Shown: positions 39,697-52,969, counted from the first letter of the whole stretch. The stretch: 63,210 nt of DNA, filler included, from Octopus bimaculoides (GCF_001194135.2; 10 parts of 10 records of this genome joined end to end with filler, not necessarily neighbours in it); one strand, 5' to 3'. Translations and numbers: made by a program. The notes: generated by a model not told the origin, from the letters alone.

Positions 39697-39812
39697 AAGG
39701 GTGTGAACTGGCAGAGTCGTTAGCACGTTAGGAGTTAAAATGCCACCAAAGTCGACTTTGCCCTTCATTCTTTCGGGGTCGATAAAATAAGTACCAGTTG
39801 AGTATTTGGGGG
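39697..39812 (+). mobile_element. SINE family B, deleted copy
   Basis: ctggcagagtcgttagcacg...gtcgactttgcccttcattctttcggggtcgataaaataagtaccag. Confidence 0.8.
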
Positions 39813-41169
39813 TAAACCTTCTTGCCTTTTTCTCAAAATTTGAAATCAATATTTGGTGAAGTTTCATTAGTCTGTCATCAAATAGTATTTGACAGAAAAT
39901 TTATAAAAGGATGTTGTTGCAAGCTTAATGCTTTGTTTCAGAAGAAAATCCTTAAATACTTTATAATTGCAAAGGGGTTGATTTCGGTTTCAAAAATGAA
40001 AAGTATTATTTGCAAATTACAAAATGAAGAGGGCTACAAAATGTGTATTATATTATTTTGTAGATCTGATACTTATTTTAATTAACTATACATCTTATTC
40101 TATGAGTTATATATGACGGTTAGTAATCATTGTATATTTTCTCCATTTACGGAAGTCTTATAAAATAGCCGCTAAAAATATATAATATGGAAAGGATTTA
40201 TACAACTAATGTACTAAAATGACTGTTAATTCTCTCAAGAAAATCTCTTTACACTTAAGCAAGAATACTCAGACATATTATGAATAAATAATTTTAGAAA
40301 GACAGGGATATTGAAATATATCTTTAAATTTTAATTATATTTGCTTCCATAATTTCAGTTAAAAGTACTAAAGGAATATAAATCAATATAATAAAATATT
40401 TTGAAAATTATACTTATTGTATTGTTGAATATGTAAAGAAATTCTATTTTGATAAATATATTTTATGGCTTTTAACGTTACGTTCGCAGCAAGCGGTGTA
40501 ATTTAACAATGCGTGTAAGAGAGAAAATTGGACCTATGTGGTACCGGTGTAATCTTATATATTGTAGTTTAAAATCAATAAAATTTATATGTGAAAAATA
40601 TCAATTGTTATTAAAAGCAATTTATAATACATAAGGCAGTAATAATATTAAATTATATTAAAAAAATAGGTATGTTTTGGTTGAGAATATTAATGTTGAA
40701 AATTCAGACACACTACAGGCGGTGCAATAATGAGAGCGTACATGTGGAAATAAATATAGTATGTATTTACAAAGCAGTCTATTCATTGCTATATGTGAGA
40801 AAACAAGATGATTCTTTGCCTATATAGTCATTTATTCTTCTCTAGTCTACATCACAAATAATAAAAATATACAATGCTTTATTCATGTCCGATACATCGC
40901 ATATACCTGTACTCACGCACGCACGCGCGCATACATGCACGCACGCTCACACACACAAACACACACATGCACACACGTTTATACACAAATATACGTAAGC
41001 ATATACTACATATATATAAGATATATGCACACGCACATATGCATGTATGTATGTATACATACACACACACACAAACACACACACACATAGATATATACGT
41101 GTCAGGTTGTACTATTCGAGGACAACGTCGGTAGTGATAATGCTTGTGCATGATAAAGGACTACGCCGG

Positions 41170-42000
41170 ACAACCTCTCATAAAATGATGTCCATAATTT
41201 GTTAGCTAGTCATCTCGCTCTATGTCCAGCAGATGTAAGGCTTGTTTCACTATCGTGCAACGATGTACTTTTGGCCAAAGCAGTGCAGGCTTGCATGATC
41301 ATTTCCATTCTTATGTTGAATCTTTCCGTACTCGTGAGCTGACACCGGTTAGAATTTTGCTATCTCCATATTCTTTTAGCGCTCCGTATCCAAGATATTC
41401 GCAGTCATGTGGCAAAGGCGGAAGAAACTCTTTATCTTATCCAGGTATACTCGTTTCAGAATACAACTTGTTAGCCAACTTGCTGTTGAAACCATGAGAA
41501 TAGCCATATATCAATTATTAGAGCAACTACTGGGATGCAACAGCTGCATGAACATACAACAGCATAACCCTAATTCATCTTGTACTTTTGTCTTCGTCTG
41601 AAGTGAGACAGAATAAAGCTCATGGCATATGCCTCATACGTAGTTAGATCTCATTATTATGTTGCGGAAGTAGCACGTGAAATGATATTTCGAAGAGTGT
41701 AGGTATGAACGGACAGCCTTTTTTGGTGTCTTTCTAGTAATAAAAGAACCGAGGTAAATACTTATAATACTGCATCTTCTATTCTCTTAGCATAGCGTCC
41801 CATGTTTCTCTCCTACACTCCCTGTCACCATCGTACTAACAACATTACTATGGTGTCTCTCTGTACTAGACTCATTATACTCCATTATACCATTCGTCTT
41901 CGAAGTATCATATCATGCATTACAATTTTGGTGACCATTCATGGTGTAAAGAGCAATGTAAAGTGGTCCCTGTGAATTACTGAGAATGTTTAAGTGACGT
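41170..42000 (-). mobile_element. Ancient RTE-like LINE remnant
   Basis: Weak motifs: GPLYIAL, KKGCPFIPTLFEI (cf. KQGCVLAPTLF), QTKTK, IVKQAL, RGCP (cf. RGRP). Confidence 0.45.
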
Positions 42001-42669
42001 CGATAAAAGCGACGCAATTACGTTATTCTTATCATCTTTTCTCTAATGATGGTCGTTACCTGTATTTGCTGTTGTCGTTTGATTTGGGATAACACAGTCT
42101 TCGAGATACTTGAGATGACATCAAATACTTGAAAATACTCCTTTCTGAATACTGCTATGAAAGAGAAATCTCTATAAATGTTGACGAAGTTTCATTTATA
42201 TATTTTTTCTGAAAAGGTCAATGGTCGTTGCATTTCGCTCGGTCTGGTTAATTGAAAGTGTCAGCAAACTGTTTCCCACAAACATCAAAAATAAGGACAT
42301 TTTTGCTTAAGTTCCCTATTAATGGATGTGTGGTAATCTTTTAGGTATATTCTGAGGCATAATCTTTTAGGCATATTCCAATACAAAACAAATGGTCTGT
42401 GTTGAAGTCAGCATAGTGTACAAGAGAAAACGTTTTTAATGGCCACATGTCTATATAACTAGGACATGATATTCTGGATGCTTGTGCCATTTTACGGAGG
42501 CCTTTTGTAGGACAAAAGAGTTGGGGTTGCACAAGTTATCTGAGCCAACAGGCGGAGTATTCAATAAAATTTGCCCGCAACAAAATGCCTGTGATTAGAA
42601 AACTCAGAGTTGAGGTCCGCACTGATTCTGCATTGAAGTGTCATAGAAGAAATAGTGCGGAAGAAACAA

Positions 42670-43870
42670 ATAACCAAGAGTAGCGTAATGCGGAAGAAGT
42701 TAGAAAGTTCTGGAATCATATTTACGATACGACGTTCAATCATAATGGAGATGCAGCATGGTTGAAAAAAAGTGAGGAACGAAGTAGTTAGAGAAGCAGC
42801 TAGATCTGAAACTAACTAGTGCAGTAATGAATAAAGTATGAGGAAGAATGCCGAATTGGGAGCGTCCAGGACCAAACTTATTTCAAGGGTACTGTTCAAA
42901 GAAAGTTAGTAGCTTACATGGGAGACTGAGTAAACACCTTCAGGATTGATTGAATGGAGAGGTCATATCTGATTGGAATACTTGATGGAGAATAGTACTT
43001 CTTAGGAAAGGCAAAAGCAAAGCCAATATAGCTAGCAATTAATAATTATAGACCAATCACTTATTTACAATAAATGTCAAAGCTGTAAGCAGGAATGCCC
43101 TCAAAAACATTTATGATCATTGTGACAGCCAGAATTTACTTGCAGAAGAACAGAAAGGTTGTAGTAAAAAGGCTAGAGGAACGCGTAATCTATCGGACAA
43201 AGCAATTCTTAAAGAATTGAAATATAGAAGGTCAAATTAACAATAGGATGGATAGATTATAAGAAATCCATACATATGGATAAATGAATGTTTCAGTATA
43301 TTCAGTTTGCAGACAGCATAAGAGAATTAATTAGCTATACAATGAAGAAATCGAAAGTAGATATCTATTCAGGTGACGGAGCCTTAGGGAAATTTAACAT
43401 CAAGAGAGGAATGTTTCAAAATTCGTTATCTTCTGAAATATTTGCGTTAATCCATTGGAAGTTGTGTTGAAAGCTAGGAATTGAGCATACTCCTAAGAGG
43501 TATTAATATGAACCTAGTAAAGTGCTAGAAAAATAGAAATATAAGATATGGGATTTTAACATTCAGGCTGACAAAGTAATATAATAAAAACAGCCAGGTA
43601 ATTGACTTTATAATCTCAAATGAAACGCACTATGAGAGATATAGAGAAAATAGCAAAGTACCAGGACAGAGCAATTGAATTACAGAGGCTATGGAAAGTG
43701 TGGGTTAAAGGTATCATTGTATTTATAATTGGGTTAGGAACAATTGCTAACGATTTGCACAGATGGATACAGGCACAAAATAGGCATAAAACCTGGTTCC
43801 AAAAACCGGTATTAGAGACAGCTAGGATACTTAGGAGATTCTTGTCATCTAAAGTTCCTTGCTGTAACCC
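42670..43870 (+). mobile_element. R4/Dong-like RLE non-LTR element, decayed and internally deleted
   Basis: AEEVRKFWNHI...DAAWLK; MPNWERPGP; YRPIT; LLAEEQKGC; WIDYKK; NIKRGMFQ; WDFNIQADKVI; AKYQDRAIELQRLW...IGLGTI; TARILRRFL. Confidence 0.88.
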
Positions 43871-44603
43871 GGTATTAGAATGTTTCCTACAGTCTAATTT
43901 GTTGTGCATAAATGAAATAACAAGAACGGCAACAAAAAAAAATCTTATTTATAATAGCAGCAATCATAATAAAGTAAATACGTTAGAAGGACTAGAAAGG
44001 AAAACAAAGAAAATAATGAAGGTACTTAGAGAAAATGTGATAAATAGTGGCTATATACATATATACTAAGAACTGAATATGGTAAATGTCTTATTGTATA
44101 TACAGATAATCTGAAAATACTTCATGGAGGATGACAATGCTATGCAAGTTTATGGACTGCTCTTGGGCAAGTACAGCACAACTTCAGTCATCCTTCCAGG
44201 GACTGCAGCAAGGTGGATTGTGAAGAGATGGAGGAAGAGCTAAAGTGAGCCAAAGGTGATTCTTACGTTGATGCTTAACAAAGGAATCCTCGAAGATCAA
44301 CGATCAGGATCACTAAGATCTATCAAGACGGTAACATGCAACGCTCCTATAAGGTGGCATCCATGGTTATGTAATCAGTTATTGAAAGATTCACTGTGAC
44401 TCAAGATCCTATTTGAAATTCATAATAAAGGAATCCGATGGTGACAGAGAGTCATAGGAAACTGCGAAAGCAGCGAAATGAAAAGATGTCTTATACAACT
44501 TGTAATTTAATGTAAAATGTCCAAAACAGGATCAAAAATATTTCGAATTCAAAATGAAAGATAATTAATACAAATATCTACAAAATATGGAGAGATCAAA
44601 AAG

Positions 44604-45021
44604 GAAAATGAGAAAGCAACCATACTCTGGGATATGCCAATACACACGGATAGAGAAATTAAGGCCAATAGACCAGATATAGTTGTCAAAGATCATGAAG
44701 GAAACAATGCTTTCTAATTGATGTATCAATACCAGCAGATGACAACGTCTCCCTCAAAGAAATGGAGAAACTTTCAAAATACAAAGACCTGGAAATAGAG
44801 GCAACTCGAATGTGGAATCTGAAAACAGAAACAATTCCTATCATAGTAGGTGCCTTAGGTATAATAAACAAATATTCAGACAAATACATAACAAAAACAC
44901 CAGGATTTACAAATATATATAACGTACNNNNNNNNNNNNNNNNNNNNNNNNNNNNNNNNNNNNNNNNNNNNNNNNNNNNNNNNNNNNNNNNNNNNNNNNN
45001 NNNNNNNNNNNNNNNNNNNNN

Positions 45022-45076
<55 letters not shown>

Positions 45077-45095
45077 TAATAATAATGATAATAAT
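44604..45095 (+). mobile_element. R4/Dong-like 3' end (RLE domain), then a gap and an (AAT)n tail
   Basis: ENEKATILWDMPIHTDREIKANRPDIVV...FLIDVSIP...EKLSKYKDLEIE...MWNLKTETIPIIVGALG; one frameshift. Confidence 0.93.
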
Positions 45096-47146
45096 ATAGT
45101 CAAAATGAAAAGAAGAGTGCTATTTTTATCTAGTGAACGATATTTCGACATCTTCTGTGTCTTCAACTGGTTCAAAAAATAAATTTGTCAATCTACTTCA
45201 TTTTGGTTAATATAGAACACACAAGAGACACAAGATGTCAAAATATAACTTACTAGTTAACGATGCACTCTTCTTTTAATTGTGACTCTATATATTCAGG
45301 AGGGGTTACCTCAATCCTTTCCATATTAATAACAATAATAAACCACGAATTGGAGGGTCACCCTAAGGAATGAGCAAGTATCACCGTTGTGCTGCACCTG
45401 TAACAGTGTTGCCGAAACCATTCTCCATATCGCCCAAAACATGCCCAATACCTCTACTTTCTGTCTAATAAGGGACAGATATCAACAGCTCACGACAACT
45501 GTAAATCAAATGAGATGTGTTCGAGATTTAACAAAAAAGTTTTTTTTATGAGTAAACAACCAGATTTAAAAGCGAAAGTGCTTAAAGAGTTCGAAATAGA
45601 TAGAAATGAATCTGAGAGATGAAATTCCTATAAATCAGAAATAATGTAGATTTTGTGAGTAAAACCTCATAATCATGGACACGAACTTCAGTTTGAAATA
45701 TCTTCAGTTTAAAAGAAATTATATAGGAAGCTGTCATTCCAGTTAAGAATGACTATTGGTACTTTTCTGTGATCCAATCATGCAGGAATATCAGAACCAA
45801 AGCAGAAAAGTACTTAAACAAACTGAATGAAAGGTAAACCATATGTGAGAAAGCTCAATACTTAAAGAAACCTGTAAAGACACGACATAATTTAAAAGAC
45901 ACATAAAAAAAGCTACAAAATGTATGCTTCAATCTGAGGAAAGTTTGAAAAGGTATCTGAAATAAGGCGCTCAACGTTCTAGTTAATAAAAAACGAACGA
46001 AAATAACAGTTCACCTACAAACCAAAATTATGCTTTCAATAGCTAGGTCAATTTAAGAACAGACAGTACATCGACAACAGCAAAAAAGATAGAGAAGAGT
46101 AGCGGAGTTGATGGAATAATAATGGAAGCTGTCCAAAATATGGAACACGGCTTCAAGCAATCGTAAGAAACATTACCGGGAAAATAATTACCACAGGTAG
46201 CAAAAAGATTAACAAACAATGTGTAGGTAACAATGAATGATAACCTTTTAATTTACTTTTTAAGATACTTAAAGGGGACATACGGACATGAATAATATAT
46301 AAAAAGTGATGTATAGTAACATAGAGTTTAAATGAGGAAATCCTTTCACAGACTCTTTTACAGACTCATTTTATTCTCTAAAGCTAAAAAAACAATCAGC
46401 TAACAGTAAACTTTACAGGAAAAAAAAAAAGAAAAACTGCTTCTGGGAAGACGTCGGACGTTAAATGCAATAATATTGCAATGAATAATTTTACATCTAG
46501 AAACACAAATACTGCTAAACCTTACTGGAAAATTTAAGAATAGAAGGCTATACAACGAGAATTATGTCTCTGGGAAAAGATTCGGTTGCCTACTACGTTT
46601 TTTAACAATATTACTTACACGTTTATTTTCGGATCTAACAATCATTTGGTTAAGATAAACAGGAAAGTATTACCGAGGCTAAAAAACTTGCGTTAAGCAC
46701 GTTGCTAGAAAGTGACAATTCATTATATTGAGACAAAATGATTGAGATTAAATACATCCCTGTTAACAAGCATTTTTCTGAGAAGGCATTCTGCCTACTC
46801 TTTTTTTCCACCTATTGTTAACTTCACTCACCAACGTGTTAATCATGAGAGATCTTAGATACAATTGCCATAAATGGTCAGTGGACTGCCTTTTCTTTAA
46901 GGTGAATCTTATGATGTGTGTTCAAGCATTGCTATAGGAAATACAAATAATACTAAGTGAAATTCGGATTAGACAAATTTATCTAGAGAGATTTTCTGAG
47001 AGGAAAATTATGTAAAATAGTTAATATCATACCACGTTAAAAAACAAAATAAATAAATAAATATCGGGATTAACGGGAACGAAAACGAATTGTGTGTCGT
47101 TACACTAAAGTAAACGATATTTCTGCATGTGTTTCAAATACGAGAG

Positions 47147-47247
47147 CAGGGTAAAATAAAATAAAATAAGATAAAATAGAAATAGTAAGGAATGGTAAGA
47201 ACTTCATTTTAAGGTACTATTATAATACATGTTATTCCAACTTATGG

Positions 47248-47278
<31 letters not shown>

Positions 47279-47443
47279 AGTCAAACTCAGGAGAAATTTC
47301 AGCAAGTTGCGGTTTACAACGTGTTTCCATTATACTCATTATGGAATACCATGAATTATAATAGCACCTTAAAAAAAAGTTCTTATATTTTTTTCCTATA
47401 TCTATTATATTATTTCTATTCTATTTTATTTTATTTTACCCTA
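47147..47443. mobile_element. MITE-like element with imperfect TIRs of about 100 bp
   Basis: cagggtaaaataaaataaaat...aagaactt...aaggtactattataat versus attataatagcacctt...aagttctt...attttattttattttacccta; no TSD found. Confidence 0.7.
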
Positions 47444-48749
47444 CCCTACTCAATTATTTCAACTTACTTTTCCACTCGTTAGTTTCCTAATATTTGGACT
47501 CTCTGAAGAAGTCTTGAGGTTCAACCATTGTCCAATCCCTGTCCAATGTTTGTTCGTTCGTGTATATCACTGACGTGTTGAGGAGGAGTTGGAAGATTTC
47601 ACTGTCTTATAGTAGAAACGGCTGTAAGAGTTTAGTATTTATACACTCATCTATTATTCNNNNNNNNNNNNNNNNNNNNNNNNNNNNNNNNNNNNNNNNN
47701 NNNNNNNNNNNNNNNNNNNNNNNNNNNNNNNNNNNNNNNNNNNNNNNNNNNNNNNNNNNNNNNNNNNNNNNNNNNNNNNNNNNNNNNNNNNNNNNNNNNN
47801 NNNNNNNNNNNNNNNNNNNNNNNNNNNNNNNNNNNNNNNNNNNNNNNNNNNNNNNNNNNNNNNNNNNNNNNNNNNNNNNNNNNNNNNNNNNNNNNNNNNN
47901 NNNNNNNNNNNNNNNNNNNNNNNNNNNNNNNNNNNNNNNNNNNNNNNNNNNNNNGGTATATTATGAGAATTTGTGGAAAGGTATCCCGTAGAAAATCAAC
48001 AAATTATTAAAGATGGAGAAGAGATGTTAAAATTTCGAAAGAATTTTAATACATGCATACAATCGTTTCGAAAAGTGATATTAAACATGTAAATAAGATG
48101 GTAGAATAATTAAAATGAATTAAATTAAATAGAATTAATTGCAAATCACTGTTCTCCTCGGTGCAGGAAGAATACATCAAAAATGTTATTGTTATTACAG
48201 AAGACTAGATGGAGTAAATAGCAAATAACATATTCGGATATACATATTTTATTCTTATGAAGAATTAAAGGCACACTAACAAAATGTTGTTGAGTCTAGT
48301 TGTGTATAAACTAAAACTGATGTAGATAACGGTTATCTCAAAATATAATAAACATTCCCTCTATATAAAAATAAGTAGGCAATTAATTTACACTCGAAAT
48401 AAGTCATTTATCATACGGAGTTAAATAGAGATGTCCAATGAGAAAGTATAGGTATGTTTGAATTAGGATATGACTTGACAGTTATAAGTAATATATAAGT
48501 AACATAAGGTATGGTGTATATTTAAAGAAATTATATTTAAAAACAGAGATTTTTCGTTCGAGAGTAAAATAAAAACTTTTGAATATAGTTATTTGTTAGG
48601 TTACCTGAATGCAAAAACGAAACAACGGCGTTATTAGCTATATATAATTGTAAAAAATTTACGCCAGTAAGGTACCAACGAAATATGAAGAATCTTTGTT
48701 AGAAATCGCCCTTCGGAACCCTCCAAAGTAAAGGATGAAATGAAACTCA

Positions 48750-48784
<35 letters not shown>

Positions 48785-48884
48785 NNNNNNNNNNNNNNNN
48801 NNNNNNNNNNNNNNNNNNNNNNNNNNNNTTAATTAATTAANNNNNNNNNNNNNNNNNNNNNNNNNNNNNNNNNNNNNNNNNNNN

Positions 48885-50690
48885 GAACGAAAGATTGAAC
48901 GAACGAATGATTGAATGAACGAAAGATTGAACAAATGAAAGTACGTATGTACGTGCGGACGACCGAACGATCGAACCTACGTGCGACGTGCGTACGTACG
49001 ACGTGCGTATGTACGTACGTACCTGCATACCAACGTGTGTACGTACGTACGTACGTGCGTACGTACGTACGAACGAACGATTGTACGTAAGTACGTAAGC
49101 ACGAATGAACACACGAACCTACATACGTACGTAACTTCGAACGAATTAACGAACGAACTAACGAGAGAATAAACCAACGAATGAACAAACGAACGTATAT
49201 TCGTACGCACGAATGTGCGTACGTATGAGAGAATGAACGAACGAGAGTACGTAGGTACGTACGTACGAACGAACGACAGATTGAACGAACGAAAGATTGA
49301 ACGACCGAAAGGTTGAACGAGCGAAAGATTGAACGAACGAAAGTACGTACGTACGTACGTACGAACGAACGAAAGATTAAGCGAACGAAAGATTGAACGA
49401 GCGAAATATTGAACGAACGAAAGTACGTATGTACGTACGAACGAAGGAACGAACGTACGTGCGTACGAACGAAAGAACTAACGAAGGTACGTACATATGT
49501 ACGTACTCCGACGTGCGTACGTACGTACGTACCTGCGTACCAACGTGTGTACGTATGTACATGCGTACGTACAAACTAACGAATTAACTACGTACGTAGA
49601 TAAGTACGNNNNNNNNNNTACCAACGTGTGTACGTATGTACATGCGTACGTACAAACTAACGAATTAACTACGTACGTAGATAAGTACGTACGTACGTAC
49701 GTACGTACGTACGAAAGATTGAAGGAACGAATGATTGAACGAACGAATGATTGAACGAACGAATGATTGAACGAACGAAAGAATGAACGAATGAAAGTAC
49801 GTATGTACGTGCGAACGAACGAACGAACGTACGTGCGTACGAAAGAAAGAACGAATAAACGAAATAAAGAACGAAATAAATAAAAAACGAAAGTACATAC
49901 GTACGTAAATATATACGAACGAACGAACAGACGAACGAACGAACGAACGATCGAACGAATGAATTAACGAACAAACGTACGTACGAACGAACGGACGAAC
50001 GAACGAATGTACGTATGTACGTACATATGTACGAATGAACGAACGAACGAACAAACGACCGAACGATCGAAGGAACAAACGAAATAACGAATGTACGTAC
50101 GTACGTACGTACGCACGAACAATAGGACGTCCGTATGTNNNNNNNNNNNNNNNNNNNNNNNNNNNNNNNNNNNNNNNNNNNNNNNNNNNNNNNNNNNNNN
50201 NNNNNNNNNNNNNNNNNNNNNNNNNNNNNNNNNNNNNNNNNNNNNNGATCGAACGAACGAACTCACGAGAGATCGAAAGAACTAACGAAGGTACATACAT
50301 ACGTACGTACGAACGACCGAACGAACGAACGTACGTACGTACGACGTAAGTACGTACGTACGTACCTGCGTACGTACGTGTGTAGTTACGTACATGCGTA
50401 CGTACGAACTAACGAACGATCGTACGTAAGTAGGTACCTAAGTTCCTACGCACGAATGAACAAACGAACGGACATTCGTATGTACCTACGAACGAACGAA
50501 CTAACGAAAGAATGAACCAACGAATGAACAGAGGAACGTACGTACGTACGAACGAATGTGCGTACGTACGAACGAGTGAACGAACGAAAGTACGTACTTA
50601 TGTACGAAGGAATGTTCGCTCGGTCGTTCGTTCGTTCGTACGTACTTATCTACGTACGTACGTTCGTTCGNNNNNNNNNNNNNNNNNNNN
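48885..50690. repeat. CpG-rich complex tetranucleotide satellite (ACGT/ACGA units) with higher-order structure
   Basis: Runs of gtac and gaac; 16-mer gattgaacgaacgaa(a/t); acctgc(a/g)tac...gtgtgta at 49021, 49531, 50364. Confidence 0.95.
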
Positions 50691-50810
50691 NNNNNNNNNN
50701 NNNNNNNNNNNNNNTTAATTAATTAANNNNNNNNNNNNNNNNNNNNNNNNNNNNNNNNNNNNNNNNNNNNTTATCTAATTTCAGTGGAATCTATCCACTG
50801 GTTTTCAGAA

Positions 50811-51005
50811 ATAGAGTTATTAATATTTCTAAGTCTCTCTAAAGGAGACTACGGCAGCGGTACTGGAAATTAATAGTTATCGCCAAGCCAACATGGCAGT
50901 CCCAAAATTAGGACGAAAGCTGCCGTGAATTAGCTCCAAGAAGCCATCGCCTCTAGCTAGTTATGTGACACACGAAACTTGTGTCCTTTATAACCTTCGA
51001 ACAGG
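50811..51005. repeat. 195-bp hairpin-rich dispersed repeat, copy 2
   Basis: Matches 9415-9609 except for 3 C/T differences. Confidence 0.95.
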
Positions 51006-51046
51006 TTATATATATATATGTATATGCATACATGCATACATACCAC

Positions 51047-51205
51047 GGGATGCGATAGGTTTATTTCAGTTTCCGTCTACCAAAATCCGCTCTCAAGGCT
51101 TTGGTCGACCAGAGGCAATAGTAGAAGACGCTTGCCCAAGTGCCATGCAGTGGGACTGAACCTGGAACCATATGATTGAGAAGCAGACTTTTTACCGCAC
51201 AACCA
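51047..51205 (-). mobile_element. SINE family A head
   Basis: ttcagtttccgtctacc...gggactgaacctggaacca matches the reverse A head. Confidence 0.85.
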
Positions 51206-51483
51206 TATATATCTTATTGGGGAAGGTGGATTTCGAAGCAGATAAAACTATATATAACAGTGTGTAAATATTTAGTTTTTTAAAAAAGCCAGTTGGATAG
51301 AAAAGGTCACGGGCTGCCCGTGGGACACCAAGTCCACATCTTCTGTTAGTATGACAGACGTTCTACCACTGGACCAAAACATTTATTTAGATTTCATGCT
51401 CTATTTTAGAAGCTTGATCCTTTGCAGCGAGAACTGAATGTCGTTGAAGTCATGAGCGTTCAAGACATTCTTTTATTCTTTCA

Positions 51484-51627
51484 TTCTTTTATTTGTTTCA
51501 GTCATTTGACTGCGGCCATGCTGGAGCACTGCCTTTACTCGAACAAATCGACTTATTCTTTGTAAGCCTAGTACTTATTCCATCGATCTCTTTTGCCGAA
51601 CCGCTGGTTACAGGGACGTAAACACAC
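51484..51627 (-). mobile_element. SINE family A 3' part
   Basis: Reverse complement of the A tail. Confidence 0.9.
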
Positions 51628-51635
51628 GTAAACAT

Positions 51636-51942
51636 TTGGTAGAAAGAAGCCCATCGTATATGTGCGTGTGTTTGTATGTGCACGTGTGTGTGTTTGTATG
51701 TGCACGTGTGTGTGTTTGTGTGTGCGTGTGTGTGTATGTGTGTGCGTGTGTTTGTGTCTGTGTTTCTCCCGCTTGAGAACCGATGTTGGTGTGTTTACGT
51801 CCTCGTAGCCTAGCGTGTCGGCAAAAGAAACCGATAGAATAAGTACTAGGCTTACAAAGAACTAGTCTTGGGGTCTATTTCTTCGACTTAAAGGTGCTGC
51901 TTCTGCATAGCTGCAGTCAACTAACTGAAACAAGTAAAAGAA
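51636..51942 (+). mobile_element. SINE family A central and 3' part
   Basis: gaaagaagccc...gtgtttacgtcc...gaaacaagtaaaag. Confidence 0.88.
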
Positions 51943-51981
51943 TTTTAAAATATAATGTCAATATTGATGGAATGCAAAAAT

Positions 51982-52190
51982 GGGGCGGCAGGTGGCACAA
52001 TCATTACGGCGCCGGTTAAATGCTTGGTGGTATTTCGTATGTCTTTACGTTCTGCGTTCAAATTCCGCTGAGGCTGAATTTACCTTTCATCCTTTCGGGG
52101 TTGAAGAAATAAGTACCAGCCGAGCACTGGGGATCGATGAAATTGATTATTCCCCTCTCTCCTAAATAAAAGGCCTTGTACCTATAGTAA
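51982..52190 (+). mobile_element. SINE family B, diverged full length
   Basis: Aligns to 4821-5029. Confidence 0.88.
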
Positions 52191-52368
52191 AAATTGTTAC
52201 TATACTCCATGTGATGAAACCCTTCCGTGTTCGATCGACAGAACGAAGTACCAGTCGTCCTGAAGTCGATATAATCGTGTGGGCCCCCTACCCACCCCAA
52301 CTACTAAATTTCTGTCCCTTGGGTTTATGTAAGAAACACTTATTGTTCTATACTCATTACTGCCAAGC

Positions 52369-52969
52369 TTATTACCTCTGCCTTAGCGAAGGCAGAGGTA
52401 TTGTTTTTCAGTCGTGTTTGTTTGTCTGTCTGTCCGTGGACAAGATATCTCAAGAACCACTGGATAAATTCGGATGAAACTTTCAAGGATGTTTGGCCTC
52501 GTGACTGGCACGAACTGATTAGATTTTGGGATCGATGTGGTATCGGACAAGGATTCTGGATTATTTGTTATATTTACTTTACATGATTACGATCTTACGT
52601 TAACTGTCAAGTCTTTCTCAATTATCTCCGTTTAGGCTGTAATTATTTTAATGGTGAATTTGTTAACTTTGGCTTGTATTAGATAAGAATAAACTATTTA
52701 TTACTGTTACTAAATCTTCTACAGTTACCTTCACATTCCATGACTACCATTGGGATCGATCAGGTACCGGACAAGGATTCTGGATTATTTTTTCGTTTTT
52801 TTTTTAACTTAATTTTTGAGAGCGGTCGGGTTCGTTTTTAATATTCTCGTTTGTAAGAGAAGTCGAGTTTATTTCAGATGTTCCCATTTTAAAAATCATC
52901 TCTGGCTAATGGTTGAGAGGACGTTGGTGTTGCCTTGGCGGAGGTTTGCGATCTCTGAGTGCTCTTGTT
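52369..52969 (+). mobile_element. Helentron-associated non-autonomous element (HINE / DINE-1-like)
   Basis: 5' ttattacctctgcc with nearby inverted copy ggcagaggta; gtct microsatellite; 3' ggcggaggt subTIR then a ctc-tct-gag hairpin and tt end. Confidence 0.78.

Noticed and set aside
49539-49688. 70-bp exact duplication around a 10-N gap
   Set aside because: Typical contig-overlap artefact
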